Below are positions 63,991 through 64,000 of a DNA stretch of 64,000 nucleotides, piece after piece (position 1 is the first letter of the stretch; each line of letters opens with the position of its first letter). The notes beneath the pieces are model-generated. The model saw only the letters and a list, made by a program, of their open reading frames with translations. It ran no database searches and had not been told where the DNA came from. The stretch is taken from assembly GCA_030770535.1 (NCBI GenBank), contig JASVEC010000003.1:992001-1056000 (forward strand). Direction: 5' to 3'. Source of the stretch: Batkoa obscura (Eukaryota). Made by a program: the position numbers and the translations under genes.

Positions 63991-64000
63991 TATTAAACAA

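Overview
Very AT-rich eukaryotic genomic window with many short (mostly ~45-90 nt) introns. Gene content suggests an early-diverging fungus, possibly Entomophthorales/Conidiobolus-like (inference only). Conserved genes: ZC3H11-like CCCH protein, epsin, enoyl-CoA hydratase, S1 serine protease, SDH5, a PCTAIRE Cdk5/Pho85-type kinase, TMCO4/DUF726, a DHA2 MFS transporter, SPB4 helicase, a syntaxin-8-like SNARE, GMF/Aim7 and an Ssh4-like SPRY protein. Accessory content: three clustered intronless CBM21 PP1-targeting paralogs, three F-box-like paralogs (one dead), two dead restriction-endonuclease-fold-like paralogs, a bacterial-looking alkaline-phosphatase-superfamily gene, Asn-rich secreted proteins and a small spliced orphan gene missed by the ORF track. 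Mobile DNA: 16 copies of a ~98-bp GGGG...CCCC MITE with a 4-bp AWWT target duplication (Sola1-like), five TG...CA solo LTRs (one nested head-to-head in another) and one TA-flanked foldback element. Main observations: (1) a U12-type AT-AC intron that the GMF reading frame requires, implying a minor spliceosome; (2) a gene-disrupting MITE family whose 4-bp TSD is confirmed by empty sites in paralogs; (3) a GATAAG-dense divergent spacer in the CBM21 cluster. No rRNA, tRNA or CRISPR array was recognised. All calls were made by eye without database searches.
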